Of a stretch of 64,000 nucleotides of DNA, positions 22,301-36,429 are shown in pieces. A program made the translations under genes and the position numbers. Source of the stretch: Anthoceros angustus (lineage: Eukaryota > Plantae > Anthocerotophyta); the NCBI GenBank assembly GCA_010909165.1, contig VJWM01000025.1:1054001-1118000 (forward strand), read 5' to 3'. Below the pieces are notes generated by a model. That model was given only the letters and a program-made list of their open reading frames with translations. It was not told the origin of the DNA and did no database searches. Each line of letters begins with the position of its first letter. Within the stretch, counting starts at the first letter, position 1.

Positions 22301-25300
22301 CCTTCTGCCAGTGGCAAAAGCATGTCAAGAGCAAGCAGAGTACCACAGTCGACACTGAGACAGAAACGTACAAATCCTACTCAAGAAAGTCATTCCAAAC
22401 GTCTTGTGGAGATGGAACTCGATCGTACGTCTATACCCTGCTCGATGTATGTCACACATTCAGAATTTCCCGTCCTGATACAGGTCACAATCCATTTCTT
22501 GCCAGCCACCACCAATGATGTTCATCCAACTGAGTAGGGACCCTTCCAGGAACGTCAGCTGGTTTCAAGGTAGCTGGCCCCATCCATATCCACTCCGATC
22601 TGTTGAATATTCGCTAAGGTGAATAGTGTCTAGAATTTCACGGCAATACACCGAAACGCCCAACCCAATACCTTGCATAGAAACAAGCTTCTTGGAAGGT
22701 TTACAGCAAGAAAACCTGACCATGAGAGTCTTCTGCGTCCATGACAGATATCATCTAAATCAACTGACAGTATTGCTTCAATCAGGGGTGCAGCAAGGCC
22801 ATGTTCAATCGCTTCTGGGCACTCCAAAGCAAATTCCCCTTCACTTCAGAGTGCTAAGGATATGCCTCCGAGATTCTGATGTGTTACACAACTTGGCAAG
22901 AACTTGAGCCACAAACCGGATCCCACTGCCACACATCTACCAAAGTTACACCACAAGCATAGCAATCAGCTCGAGGAGAAAAAGGGAGTCGCATTGGACA
23001 AACAATCTCAGGATCACGACCATGCCAACGAAAGCAGTAGCCATGCCACTCACTCCATGCCACGTTTGAAAACTTTAGATGACTCCCTCTACTCCACTCC
23101 AAGTCCAAAGTTACGATCAGTTTAACGACTTGTGCTTCTGCGAACTTCGGCTCCAAGCCAGGAACATGCTCTCCGCTTTACACTCCCAACCACCAACCCA
23201 CCGGGTACCCACAGTCAACCAAAATCACCCTCATCCTTTGATGTCCTTAGGGTCTCCCGTTGATGTCCTTTGGTAGATGGGTAAACCCATCTCCTCTTTC
23301 CTTAACAAAAACCTCACCCTCATCAAGGTGCACAGCTTTTCTGCAAAAAGTCCTTGACAAGTTCATGATGTAAAGGTCTTCCCCACGCTGAGAGAGCAAC
23401 TTATTGTTCCGCCATGCACTGCCTGCTCACAACCACATAGACCACAGATTCCACAGCCAAGACTACCAACATTCGTGCAACGAACGTAAACTCTAGAAGC
23501 ATGAAAATAGCGGCCGGCAGCGATCCGCATCGCTGCCGCAGCCATGACGCCAAGGATAGTATTAGTGAGGACATGCACGAGGACAGCTAGAGTGCAGGAA
23601 CAGGGAATGCGCCGCTCTCAACCATCGCCCTCCAACTAATTGGCTGAGCTCAATAAAATCTGAATTCCGTTCACTTCCAGAATCACTTCACTCAAAACTG
23701 GCAAGATGATTCCAAGTCGCCAGGTACTTCATGCCCCGAAGCAGGAACATGGGTTAGTCTCGCAGACCACGACCACAACCATTTCACCCACGACCATTCG
23801 CCCCCCATAAACGGAACTAGAAGATACAGACAAATCCTGCATATACAGCTCACCTCACCGCTACGCTGTGAATGTTCAACTTTTCTCCACCAGCTGGGAA
23901 GACCAAGCCTCGTGAGTGTTCTGACTCCTCCACTTCGCTCCACTGCAGCGTCTCAAGTGGACTACAGACTGTAAAGTCGATTTGCACCTCTAGACTGCAG
24001 TGCACAGGTGCAAGTCAAGAAGCTACCAAGCATACCCATCTACGAGTAGCCCTCACCTTTGTCCATTGCCAACTCGTCAGCCTGAGCTCACGTCCACGTG
24101 TCCACCACTGAAAGACCTGGCATGTTGTCCACAGGCAGTTAGCCTGAGCAGACCATCTCCATCCAGTCCAGAGCGGAAGCAAGACGAGAGCTAGGCTTTT
24201 CTAGCTGGAGGTGGTTCACGACTTCAGTACCCTGCTGCAAGCAAACTGTTCACCGGAATATACCTGGATCAGTTCAGACTCTCAAACCATAGGTGTCAAA
24301 TTGTGCTACTCCATGAGCACAACAATGTTCCAGAAGAGTTCGTGACAAAGATGGCATTTCTGACCAGTACGAGACACACTGACTTCACTGATCCAGGAGG
24401 AAGAGTCACTCCTGTTGCAGAAAGTCAGATGCATGGCAGCTGTTTCTCGAGCAGCCCTTGTGAGCAGTTCCTTGCCTCCTCTCACCGTGCAAGCCGGGAT
24501 CCCTTGCAGATGCGTACATTGAGGTGAGGTGTAAACACGCTATTATCTCCAGTCTCTCCATTAGGTACCCCAGGCTAGTTGATGAGTCCACTCAACCAGA
24601 AGGATCAGATTCTAAGCTCCAAAGAGAGACAATTCGCCGCAAAGCGCGCAAATTTTTGTCAGCAGCAGATACGCAATTGATCCAGGCTCCAACCTTTCTC
24701 ATGGCGAGTTGCGCGACAGCAGCAGGCAACTCCTGGCCAAGCTCACCCATTACCAGTTCTATGTAGACAAACAATGTAGACAGACCTGACAGGCTGACAA
24801 GTATGAAGGCTTGCGCAGACCTGTCAAGTATGGTCGCATGATCGATGAACCCGCGGAATGTGCCAATCTTCACCGATTTCAACAGCCTTGTCGGAAGGTC
24901 TTGATGAAATCTGTGGAATAACATCGCCATGGCGGACGGACGTTCCTGATTCACAAACGATTACGATTACAAACACAACGATCCTCGTCAGAGTCCAAGG
25001 ACCGACGATTCAGTTTCACGTATCATTGAACTTTGCAGCCTCTAACGAACGGGCGAGATGCGACCAAACTTGGAGGTGCCGATTGCAGGCTGCCGGCAGG
25101 CGCAGTGAAGTGGTACAATTGCAAGCTTGCGTCAGCTATCTGTTACAGTGCGTCAGAGCCAGCAGATGCATGAACAGTTCCAAAATCATTTCCAGCTGCT
25201 GATCAGAAGTGGCTGCCTAGACAGTTCACCCCGGATCCCACAGCTTGCTGAATCTGTACAAAAATCTGCATATCTCTGGCTAGCAGACACTGTGCTAGAT

Positions 25301-25330
25301 GTGTGCAGTGATTGCGTTCAGATTGCAGTA
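19400..25330 (-). pseudogene. Decayed coding-like segments of unknown family (possibly F-box-type), several related pieces
   Basis: Stop-interrupted protein-like minus-strand frames, e.g. SDQQLEMILELFMHLLAL near 25190 (weakly F-box-like). A shared motif cctgtcaagtatg occurs at ~20032 and ~24820. The family is not securely recognised. Confidence 0.3.
20429..24067. repeat. Tandem duplication, unit ~1819 bp (20429-22247 and 22248-24067), of a decayed minus-strand gene
   Basis: tgcaagtgcgctttcctgctagaaaatccgct occurs at 20429 and 22248. Paired near-identical ORFs occur at 21068/22884, 21547/23363 and 21873/23692. Differences are mostly 1-3 bp indels. Confidence 0.95.
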
Positions 25331-25934
25331 TTTCAATACTTCAGTAGAAACGTAGACAAAGAAGTGACTTGACAGTAGTGTGCGATCTTCCAATCATAAA
25401 TTGTGCAAACATCTGCACGTTGGAGCCGACCCAGCAATGTATGGCAGCCCTTACTTTGGGGCACAGGTAGTGGGGGGGAGTTTTAGTGGAGTTTTAGTGG
25501 GTGAGGAGTTTTTCCCAAGTCCCATATAACATGCAATGGTATCCAGGCAGGTATTCTTATGACCTTGGGAAGAGTGTAAGCGCTTTCTGTTGCGATAATA
25601 TGATGTGTAATAGGTATAGGGAAATAGGAACCCTTGCTGAAGATTTTCTTCCTAGGTTTGTTTTTGATTTATTTTCAAAATACCCATTAAAGAAAAAACA
25701 TGTGCATGTATTATCTGTGCAGCAGACAGTTACAAATAATGTGACCGTATGACAGTCGAGTATAGAATATAAATATATATAGATGCTCTTTAGAAGAGTG
25801 ATCACATGTAGAGGCCTCAATAGAACAAAATAAAGGCTAGCTGTATGGCGCTCATGGCCATGGAGTAGGAGGTTGAAGAGCAACTTGCTGAAGGTGGATG
25901 AGACATATGGAAGCATGTACAAGTCGTACAGCTG

Positions 25935-26460
25935 TTGAAAGATGGGCATGTGGCTGGTTTAGATGATGTAGCACTTCAGAAGTTGCAACGAAGAATCGCT
26001 CGTTACACATGGAAGGATGGCAGAATGTTTATGAGTGACCATGGTGTGATCAAGGGGGTTCCACCTGTAGAGGAGAGGGAGCAGATAGTGACCAAGGTGC
26101 ACAAGACACTTGGACATCTTTGTGTGAAGAGAACGCATCAGCTCAAGAATACATATTTTTGGTCAGGTATGTATGCTGATGTTGAGCAGGTAGTGTCCAA
26201 GTGTGCTGCTTGTGATGCAGTGAAAGCGAGATTTAACAGCCAGGATGTGGTGTTATACTCACTACCCATTAGAGGACTCTTCTTCAGGTGGTTTATCGAT
26301 TTGATGCCTGAATTGCTAATAACAAGGCAGAGCAACAAGCACTGTATGTTATGATAGAACATTTCTCAAAGTGGGTAGAGCTGGCTTTTCTTCTAGTAAG
26401 AACCTCACAGTATACAGCTCGGGCATTTTTGCAATATATCCTGAAGTACATGGAAGCCAC
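25935..26460 (+). mobile_element. Ty3/gypsy integrase fragment (H2C2 zinc-binding domain and start of rve)
   Basis: REQIVTKVHKTLGHLCVKRTHQLKNTYFWSGMYADVEQVVSKCAAC, LPIRGLFFRWFIDL, then EHFSKWVE after a stop. Confidence 0.88.
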
Positions 26461-26539
26461 TAATTGATCTTCCTTGTGAACTTTGTGGTCACATTACAGA
26501 GCCAGAGCCGATGCTCTTATGTGATAAGTGTAACTGAGG

Positions 26540-26994
26540 TTACCGTATGTTTTGCTTACTGTCAAGAATGTGAGTGCTACTGCCCTTAAGGCACCAACGC
26601 ACAGCGGCACAAAGGCAAGCAAAAGTAACCTCATCGGACACAATCAGCCCTCCTGCATTCGTCCATACAAAAATAGCGCCTCTTGACCAAGCCCTTTCTG
26701 TCCGTACCCAGCAATCAGAGCATTCCAAGTCACCACATCCTTTGGGCTTAGGAATTCAAAAACTCGATGCGCATCTTCCAGTTTGCCACACTTTGCCTCC
26801 ATGTCCACCAGGCAAGTGCCCACAAGTGTGTTATCTAGCTGTCCTCTCTCCACAATCTGTGAGTGCAGCTGCCTACCTTTTTGTTTAAAGGCACAAGTGT
26901 TTGCACAGGCCTTCGAAAGGCAAGCAAAGGTAACATGGTTGCCCACAATAAGGCCCTCCTTCTCCATTTGTCCATACTGAACAATACGCTAGAG
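26540..26994 (-). pseudogene. PLS-class PPR pseudogene, part downstream of the gypsy insertion
   Basis: VTFACLSKACA...GRQLHSQIVERG...LVGTCLVDMEAKCGKLEDAHRVFEFLSPKDVVTWNALIAGYGQKGLGQEALFLYGRMQEG, followed by an in-frame stop. Confidence 0.9.
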
Positions 26995-26999
26995 ATTCC

Positions 27000-29900
27000 T
27001 GTGGAATGGGTTTTTGCATGTGAAGACGCAAAGAGGCCACATTTACCCTCTATGTCGTTATAGTCCTAGGATTCGATCCCAAGGGAATGGTGTTGTGTCA
27101 AGGTGTGCTAAATCTATGGATTCTAGACACCGTCGCTCACTACCCCACCTTCTCCTACTGCCCAAACCCACCAGTGGTAGACTCGGCCACCGTGGCAGTT
27201 CGGCGTGGCCCCTGCAATACGCCGCCTTTCGCGGAGTCTATCGTCAACTTAACACGGACCTAGGGCTATCGGACACCTATCGCCTCACCTTGAGAATTTG
27301 CGATCCTACCACGCTTCCACTCCCCCCTGCGTTTCCGATTTTCCCTCACACTCTCACAATCCCTCGGTAGCGCTCACACTACCCTCGGAACCTTTCCCAA
27401 TGAACTCTCCCTCGTCTCACGGGCCACACAGACCCCTCCTTGGGCCACCAGACCCCTCTCTCATGGAATGAACACACAGTGGCGGCGGTTGGAAAGAGGA
27501 TCGGGAAAAACCCCGGTCGGTGCTTGGGCGATTCGCCTTCCGGTGATTCGCCTCGGCCGTCGCGGCATCCTACCTCTTTTCGGGCGCTTCTTCCGTTACC
27601 CGGTGGAGCTTGGCCACTCCGCTCTCGACCATCCGAGATCTTCCGGCCTTCTTGTGACGAAGGCGGTCGCGAACCCGTTTGATCTTGACGCGTCTCCAAT
27701 CAACTCGGCGGTTCGATACGGAAGTTCACACACGAAATCGCCTTGAGAGACACCCGGGGTCTCTTATACATCCGGCGTGGTCCAACACTCACTTCTCTTT
27801 AGTGTCTAAAATTGTAGCTCCTACCACGGCCCTTACCAATCTAAGCAACGCTCTGATGGAACTCCCTATCCTCTACGAAAAACCCCGGTCCTAGGCTATC
27901 GCGACTCCCCTAAAATCAGCTGCCGCCTCGCGATTCTTTGCCTCGCCTCGGCCCATGGGGACCCCTCTCGCTCTTGGCCTCGCCTCGATCCAGCGATTTT
28001 CCCCACAACCTCCACCTCGCTCTCCTGCTGAATTCCCTCGCGCCTTCCCGGTTGCGCGCCTGTGACCTCTATGTCCATTGTCCGCTCCTCCTCATTTGGA
28101 CAACCATACTGTGCTCCTCCCTCCATGCTCGCTGCGCCTCGCTCATCTCTTCCAGCACCACTTGCGGAGGATAGGCGCCCGCTCCTAGGAACCAGCGTAG
28201 CACTGTGGCGGTCAAGATGTCTGACCCGTTTACGCCCCTCCTGTCCCAACAACCACATACGCGTTTAGAGTGAGCACCCGCTCACCATGCGGCGGCGAGG
28301 ACATGAGCATCCTCATCCGGACGCCGTAGCACTGTCGCCCTTCGATCTGAGGTCCTTACCCTCTCCTCCCGTGGACAATCACAGGCGCTGTTGATTCTCG
28401 GGGATCATCCCTCCATCTGCGACACTCCGTCGGTGACTTCCCCACCTCGGTTCCCGTTCCACGGCGGTGGCTGGTTTAGCCACCGTGGTGGTTCTTCCAC
28501 GGTGGTTGTTTGCTCTGCGGTGGCATTGCTCGGCCTTCTTGGTTTGGCCACCTCTCTCTTGACCCTAGCCGTCTCTTTCCGCTTGTACCTCTCCATGATC
28601 TTGAATTTCTCCAAGGCGCCATCGCTTCCACTGCTCCTGGACTCGCGAGACCTCATCTTGAAGCTCTTCAATTGTAGCATCGCCCCTTGACTGATTTACT
28701 AAAGCTTCTGAGTGGACATGTGCCTTGCTCCTGCCTTGCATAAGGCCGCCGCACTCCGTCTGCGCTCCTCGGCGCGCCTCGCCTTCCGGGCTCTCCAACT
28801 TCTCCTTGAGCAACTTCTCCTGGCCTTGCACTCGGCCAAGTGAGAGCCATGGTTTGATCGAGGAGATCCGCGTCGTGCCATGGCCAAGTCAAACCACTGC
28901 AAATCCCAAATTGGGCTGTCCCTTGCCCATCCGCCTCCACAACAATTCTCGTGTCGGTGTCTCCTATCCCCACCTCAGTTCGGTGAAATGTCGCCAAAAT
29001 GTCCGGAGCTCGTTGCGGTCTCTGAAGTTAACCCCTCCTCTCCTAGGGGTTGGTGCACCCTTGCCTCTCCCCTTCATTCTCCCCTAGCGGCATTCATCCC
29101 ACAGGAGGGAGCAACTTGCCATTTCCCTTACTTTCTCCTCCTTACCCGCGTTCTGCTGCCGTCTTGACACAGGTGACCACAGGTGGCTGGTTCCTCCTCT
29201 CTGTGTGCCTCCCTTCTTCGCCGATCCCGTTCGACCGTTCGCCCTTCGCTTCTTACCCTTGGAAACTTCCCCCCTCTTAACCTTCCGAGCGCACTCCCAA
29301 GCTATGGAATCCTTGCCGAATCCTCCTTCAATTCCTCCTCTTCTACCTTGAGTTCCTGGCCGGCTTCCAACCATGCGGACAGACTTCAACTCCGTTAAAC
29401 ACGGAATGCAAATACATGATCGAAAATCAAGGAGGGCCGAGGAAGAAGAGTAAATTCGCCTTCTCCTCACAGCTCTTTCGAAAATCATCCTCCCCAATCA
29501 ATTTGTGTACCCTTGACCACCTCGTGAAGAAAAACCAAGAAGTGATCCGCCATATGATCCGACTTCCGGTTACGTAGGAACACAAAATCCATTTGGCCAA
29601 TCCCACCATGCGGAACACGAGTTGGCGAGTCACCCGACCATTGTTCACTCTCACTTCCCAGGCTTCATGGCAGCGGCTGCAGCTTTCAAGGTCTTCTTTC
29701 GGTCAATCACCAAGCTCCCATCCTCGATGCTTCTCGCCCTTCGCTCGAAAGAGGCCAATCCCGATTCTGCGGCCTTTTCCTCGCGTCACCCTCTTGCGAC
29801 TTGGTCCTTAATTGCGGGCGCACTCTTGCACCAATGCGGTCGTAGCACCATTTCTTCTCCATGAACTTGAGACCCGGCTCCACGCAGTGCCGGCTCTCAC

Positions 29901-30580
29901 TTTCCATGGTCCATGTTGGGCCGCTGCGTGAGTGAGATTTCGGCGCGGCGCGCCATCTCCTTCTCGTTGTCTCCCAAAACAAAACCTCGACTACCCTGCA
30001 GATCACGGTCGGAGAGAAAAAAATCGAGCCGCCCTCGCGCTCCACGCCTCCTCGCGAACTTGCGGCGCCGATTTCTCTCCCGCCCGCTGCACGATCGTCG
30101 CCTTTCCTCCTGCCCGAGGCAGGTGCTTTGGCGGCGTCGTGGTAGCGCCCCTCTTCTGCTCGCTCCGTGCCCCTCACGGAAAGTCGCGACCTCGCGGTCT
30201 TTGGGTGTGCCCTTCTCCCGGTTGCGCTCCGGTGGTAGTCCCGCTCCGCCACTAGGGTTGTAAATTCCCACAGTGCATGCGTCCGTTTCACCGTGGTGGA
30301 ACTAGCCACCACCCCTTGACTACCTGGTGGCATATTGTGAGCATCCCTAGCATATATAGACACCTTTTATTCTAAAATTCCCAATACCCAAGGACTCTAT
30401 TTCTACCCCACCTCGGGGTCAAACCTAAGGGTCGAAAAATTATTATTATCTCCAAGGGCCAAGGACCATTCCGTATAAAAGACTCGACGATTCTCAAAGC
30501 ACTCTATTCTAACACATCCAAAACAAAAAATCGTTCACCACGACACTTGGAGGCGGTTAGTTCACATGTGGTCTTCCATA
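27000..30580 (-). repeat. 3' LTR of the gypsy element (3581 bp)
   Basis: Begins tgtggaatgggtttttgcat and ends gtggtcttccata. It is colinear with 36433-40124 and followed by ctcccttctc (the PPT on the minus strand). Confidence 0.93.
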
Positions 30581-30590
30581 CTCCCTTCTC
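30581..30590 (-). other. Polypurine tract of the gypsy element
   Basis: The minus strand reads GAGAAGGGAG immediately before the 3' LTR. Confidence 0.8.
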
Positions 30591-33500
30591 ATTTGTTGGC
30601 GTCCTCGCCAACTTATTGGTAATATTTCTTGACCCGCCAACCGTTGGCCAGCGTTGGAGCCACTAAAATCGAGTTGAATTGATCCGTTGTCGAAAACTTC
30701 GAAAACTCGAAGGGCCCCATCCATCGAGATGTAATTTACGGAAATGCATGTATCGGTTATCGTATAGTAAAGCGGATCCCGGGAACAACGTATTCTTGGC
30801 GCTTCAATCTCTTGTCGTGCCACTCCTTCCTCCTGTCTTTGGACATCCCGCATAACTTGGAGGCTTGTTCTCTGTCCTCCGTGTGTCTCAAAACCAACCT
30901 TTCCAATGACTTTCCTCCACGGCATTCGACTTGGTTCCTGTATTCTCGGTGGAACTTGAATTCTATTGGCATGAGAGAATGCCGTAAGTAAGATATCGGG
31001 TTTCTGCGTTGTCACTTTTCCATGCGGTCCAGTCGCCGATCTTGAATGCGATTTCATATCGATCATACGCATAGTGATGAGTTTGGTTAGGATCTTGCAC
31101 AACAAGCCATTTGCCTTTTCCGTGTTGGCTTTTGGGTTATAAAGCGTGGACTTCACTGGCGGCGTTGAAGTGGTTGGTCATGTTGGAGATTACACGATTG
31201 ACGAAATGTGTTCCTGTCAGCGGACTCCAGCCATATCGGGTGATGATTTGCTCGAGCGAATCGCCACGTGCGCCGAATCTACGGCGTGCACGTGCTTCTA
31301 CCATCCGCGTGTCTGTGGCCACGGATGTATTGGTTTTGGCGAGCCTTGGTTTTGTGGATAGGGACAAAATCGATTCCCCATTTCTCGAATGGTGCGGTGC
31401 AAGTATGGGGACAAGGGGCCATTGGGTTGTTCTTTGGCTTGCCGACCCTTTGGCAAGCGTCACGGCTTCACGAACTCCACAGCATCCTTGTACATTGTAG
31501 GCCACCAATAGCCGCCTCAAAATTTTCCGCATGTGACATGCGGCATAATGACCTCCGCCTCTTCTTCGTGTAAAGAGCTCGGGACTCCGCTCACACCTTG
31601 ATGCGTGCCATAACCGCTCCACCGCCGTCGGGGCTCGGTATAAATTCATATTGTGCCGTGTGAATAGTGCGGAGTAGTGGACAAGCTTTGAATCATGTCT
31701 TGGATAGGTGTGGAGGAATTTGGCCTGCCAAGATAATCGTATATCTCGATATGTTGGTCTTGAAGCCACCCTCCCTTCTCAATCGATCTGGCTCCCTCCT
31801 TCCAGGCTTCACTGGTTGGTTTGCAACTCCTGCGACAGTGTCTCATCGGGAAAGTCGTCTTCTGGTCGTTTTCCACCTTCCTGTTTTCAATCGAGATATG
31901 AAGTCGGCATTGATATGCTTCTCTCGTTTCCTTTGTGAAGGTAAACTCACAGGCAAGATCCAGCGTGCTATCGTCCGAAAGGTCGAGTTTATTCACAAGG
32001 TGTTTCAAGGCAAAGTGGTCAACATGGAACACAAATTCATACGAGAGGAGGTGTGTCTCCAGGTAAACCATTCCAGTGCTTGCGCTCCGTGGTGGTATAC
32101 TTTCGCTCGCGTCCGTTAGTTGTCTCGGCATAGTAGATCGGAAAATCCTTCTTCTTCTCATCCCGGCGGCTAAGGGACCCAATTGCAAATCTTTGAAACA
32201 TCAACAGCGTGGAACTTCTTACTCGATCCGGTCCTTTTAGCGTGGGGCTGTAGCGATTGTGGTCGTAAGTCTGAATGCTTCCTCCCGTTGCGTCGTCCTC
32301 CCTCCGATCCTTCCTTAACAAGCTCGTTAGTGGGGCGCCGCTTGGCGAAATTTGGAGCAAGCGTCTATAATCGACCATCCCGGGAACCCGGAGTTCCTTT
32401 AGCGTTGTGGTGCTCTAAGGGTGGCGATGACCTTTACCTTGTCCGGATCTACTTCTATACCTCGGCTTGAAATTGATGCCCCAATTCCTCGACATGCAGT
32501 AGCACTTTTACGGATGCGAGCATAATTGCGTTGCTCGGCGCTCGAGCACTTCCGGGAGTGCGGCGGATGGTCCTTGGCGGCCGAATCGCAGTCGTCGGAA
32601 AACTTCCATAAAGTCGCGAGGAAGTCCTTGAAAATTTTGGATGGCTGCGCATGAAGGACCCAGTGCTCCGTCAACCCGTCGCTGCGCTTGTAAGCATATG
32701 TCCCCGATCGGTTGTAAAGCGGTCGAGGCCAATCGCTCTCCCTAAGGTGCGGTGATTATGCAGTACCGTCTAGGAATGAATCGCCATTACACTGCGACGG
32801 ATCCGAGGATATATCGATGAAGGGTAGCGGAAAGTGATCCTTCTTGGTGACCTTATTCAACCTTCTCCATCGACAAACTCGGATTTTGCACGCCTCTTAG
32901 GTACTACCACTATTGGAGCCACCCATTCGGTATTGACTATAGGATAGATCACGTCCTTGAGGTACATCTCCAAGCGATCCTTTACCTTGAGGAGTACTTG
33001 GATTTAACTCTTGTGGAATCCTTCTGGGATTGCTCGGTTCCAGTCAATCCTATGCTCGCCCCATTCTTTGGGGATCCCTTCATGTCTACCTCGGCGAAAA
33101 CATCGATGAATTACGCAGCGGTTGCTTCATTCCTTCCTCCAACGCCGCATCCATTGTTACGGAGAATTTGAGCACCTTCGGAAGAACCTCAACGTCCTTG
33201 ACTTCATCCTGTACCCTCGCTCTCGTGCGGTGCTAACCCCGAATCCTTCTTCGGCTCCCGTTCCTCTTCTCTCATGCCCCATTCCCTAAACAAATCCTCC
33301 GGCGTGTTGCGTGGCCTCCTCCACTTCTCCACTGCTGAATCGCCGGACCCTTTGAGCATTCGGCGGTTACCCGTGACCCTCGGGTTAATTGTATATGGGA
33401 TATCTCTGCGGTAGTCCCGCTCCTCATCGAGACCATGAGATGTGTGCGGGAACCTATCTTCCTCTCCCATCTCCCCCGTGTCCTGCCGAGTGTACCCTTC

Positions 33501-36411
33501 TGATTGGAGTTTCACTGCATACATGTCTTACTCCACGATAGGCACATCCTTCCCTCCTTGGTCTTGGGATCCCATTCCAGCGGTTTAAAACCGACTTCCT
33601 TCCGCCCCACTTGGCGTGCATTGCGATCGTACATCCATGTTCGGCCAATTAGGGGCGTCGTGCCACAGCGATTCTTTGGATGACTACATAATCCATCAAG
33701 TAGGGATGGTTCCAATGGTCGTTAGCACCCACAGTTCCCCAAACCATTACGGACATGTCGCTAGCCTCAAAACCTTGGTAGTATGTTCAATATCCAAGCC
33801 CAATTTCCTAGCCGTGTCTTCATAATATTTACCCCGTGTCGAGAGGCACTCCTTTGATGACACATCCGAAATTTCCACAGGTTGGTGGGCCTTGATCCAC
33901 CATGGATACCAAGTTCACCGCGAGCGCTGGGGCTGGTATAGGAACATTGCGCCTCTTTTGGGTTGCGCCTCTTTTAACGCCCTCGATCATTGCCTATACA
34001 GGATTGTCTCGGAGGAGTTGTCCGAATGTGATCATGAAATGTTGGTCCATGATGGCCTCGGCGAGATTGAAAAGCGGTGGCCCGACCTTCGCCATCCGAG
34101 TTTGGTTGGTTGGGTTCCCGGTTCGTCATGACTTGGATGCGGTGGCCCTTCCGGTGGGGTGGTGGACTCCCACAGGGTGGTGGAAATCGACACCGCCTTT
34201 TCCCGTAGCCTCCTTGCCAATTCTTCTTGTATCATATCCATGACTTCCGCCCGTCGTCCGGAAACCCTAACTCGGTTCGGTAACTTTCTCTCGAAATCGG
34301 TAGGGTTCCACCCCTTGACTTCGTGACCCTTCATTCACCTTTCCATTGGAACACTCAGTCTCATGCATCACTCTTTTGCACATATGGTCCATCCGCCAAG
34401 TCACTGCGGGACTTGTTTTTCGTCTTTGGCGTTCCGGTGTTGGTATTTCCCCATGGTGGCGACTCTCTCCCTCATCGATCCGTGGTCGTATCCGCCTCCT
34501 TTCTTCTTTTTTCCCCCCACGCCTCTCTTTTGCTTTTGTGCTCCTTGTTCTAACGACCATGGCGGAGGCTTCCCCATAATAATCGCTTCCTCTGCGTCTA
34601 ATCCCTCCAAGCTCCTCGGGGTTCCAATCTCGGCATCCTCCCATACCGCCATAAGTCGTCCTCAACATGCATGGCGGACCGGACTTGGGTTTGGTGGCGA
34701 ACTCCCGTTACGGGTGGGCTGCGCGATCCTCACCGTCTTCTGGGGCTTTGGCGAGCACACTTCACCAAATGCCCTGCTTACAATCTTGACATAGTTTATC
34801 AAAATCTCCATTGCCTTGAGTTGGATAAGGGCTATGCATAGTGTCAAGGTTGCGACAATTATAGCACAAGGCGGTACCCATTGGATTGTTACCCGGTGAT
34901 TCTGACGCCTACCCCGTGGAATTCGTAGGTTGGCGGGTACATGGTCTTTGGGTACACTTGGGTTGGAACCTCCGGATCGGTATGTATCTTCCACGGACCC
35001 TCTTCCTCCTCTTCCTCATATCCCGGTGTGTACCCTTGTCGTCGGACAATTAGCTTTGGAGTGTCCTGCTGCGCGTTGAGCAGAAGAGGTTGGCTCGTGG
35101 GTTCGTGTGACTCTCCGCCTCTCATGTTCCTTGACCGCATTAAGATGGAATTTCTCGAATTTTGCCATCATCTCCTCCATCTTGTTCCCTGTTGTTCTAC
35201 TTTCTTGGCTACCTCGGCCTCCCTTCTACTTTGTTCGCGTCCTTCTTTGCATCGCCTCTGTTTGCCCTTGCCGACTCCTTGTTGTCCGTGCACGACCCTT
35301 CATTTTCTTTTTCCATTTGGCGCTCCTCATCGATGGCGCTTCCTCCGATCACTCGTTTCCTCCTCAGGAACTTTAGAATCTTACTGGAGCTTTCTTCACG
35401 ATGAACTTCCTTAGGAGGATGAGGAATCCTTCTTTTTCCATCCACAGGCTTCTTCTTCTCCTTCTTAGCCTTCCTCCTCCCTTGCGGGTTGGATTCCTCA
35501 TAGTTTAGCGCCGCCTTGATAGCCTTGCCCAAATTCTTCTCCGCTTGTAACCTTCGTGTCTCCCCATCTTAGAACCCGGGCCTTTAGCGAACCACCGTGT
35601 GCACGCAACTCAGTGAGGGCCACTTGATCGCGTGGTGGTGAAACCTCTCCACATACGCTGCAAGGTTTCCTTCTTTCCTCTGCGGTTTTCAAGCTTGGAC
35701 AACACGTATCCTCTCGTCAAGCCCCTGAACCTTTCACAGGCGGTTTTAATTCTTCATAGGTTCTTTGGAGGTGTGGGCGACTTGAGGTATTCGCGCCTAT
35801 ACCACTTATTTGGACCCCGAAGAACTCCATAGAACAATGAATCTGGTGCATCTCCGCTTCTGGTTTGCAAATGTGCTCAAAGCGCTCAACAAATTCATCG
35901 GTCTTCATACCCCTTCCCTCTCCATACTGACGGATAAGGTTGCTTGGTGGTGACCACCACCGGTGGTGGTGGTGGTCATGACTATCGTTCTTGATTCGTG
36001 GTTGGTCCAACAACGGTTCTGCGAGTCGATTGATCTCCAACGATGCACACTTTTGGAAGAGGTCGTGGATGGAATTGGTCCGAGGTTCCTTGGTGGTGGT
36101 ACCTCGTCCAAGTCCAGAGGTTGGGGATCTTGCTCCAACAAGATCGGACCCCCGTCCCCTGGTTGCTTCCTTACCTCCTTTCTCCTTCCAACGGGTGCGT
36201 CTTCCGGCTGGACCCTCCTCAACTCGCGGTTTGCAACCCTTTTTAACCTTTCCAGTGCTTGGCGTTGTCGCTTCTCGTGTGGCCTTCCGTCCCGACTTGA
36301 CTCTGAACCCTCTGACTCAACCCGTGGCATCCATCTACCTAACTAGATACACTCCAAAACTAGACACCTAAGCTATGGTTAGTCCCCCTATAACCTTGAC
36401 AGCAGTTTCAT

Positions 36412-36429
36412 TCCCCGGCAACGGCGCCA
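36412..36429 (-). other. Primer-binding site, tRNA-Arg type
   Basis: The minus strand reads TGGCGCCGTTGCCGGGGA, 3 nt from the 5' LTR. This PBS type is typical of Athila/Tat/Ogre elements. Confidence 0.88.
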
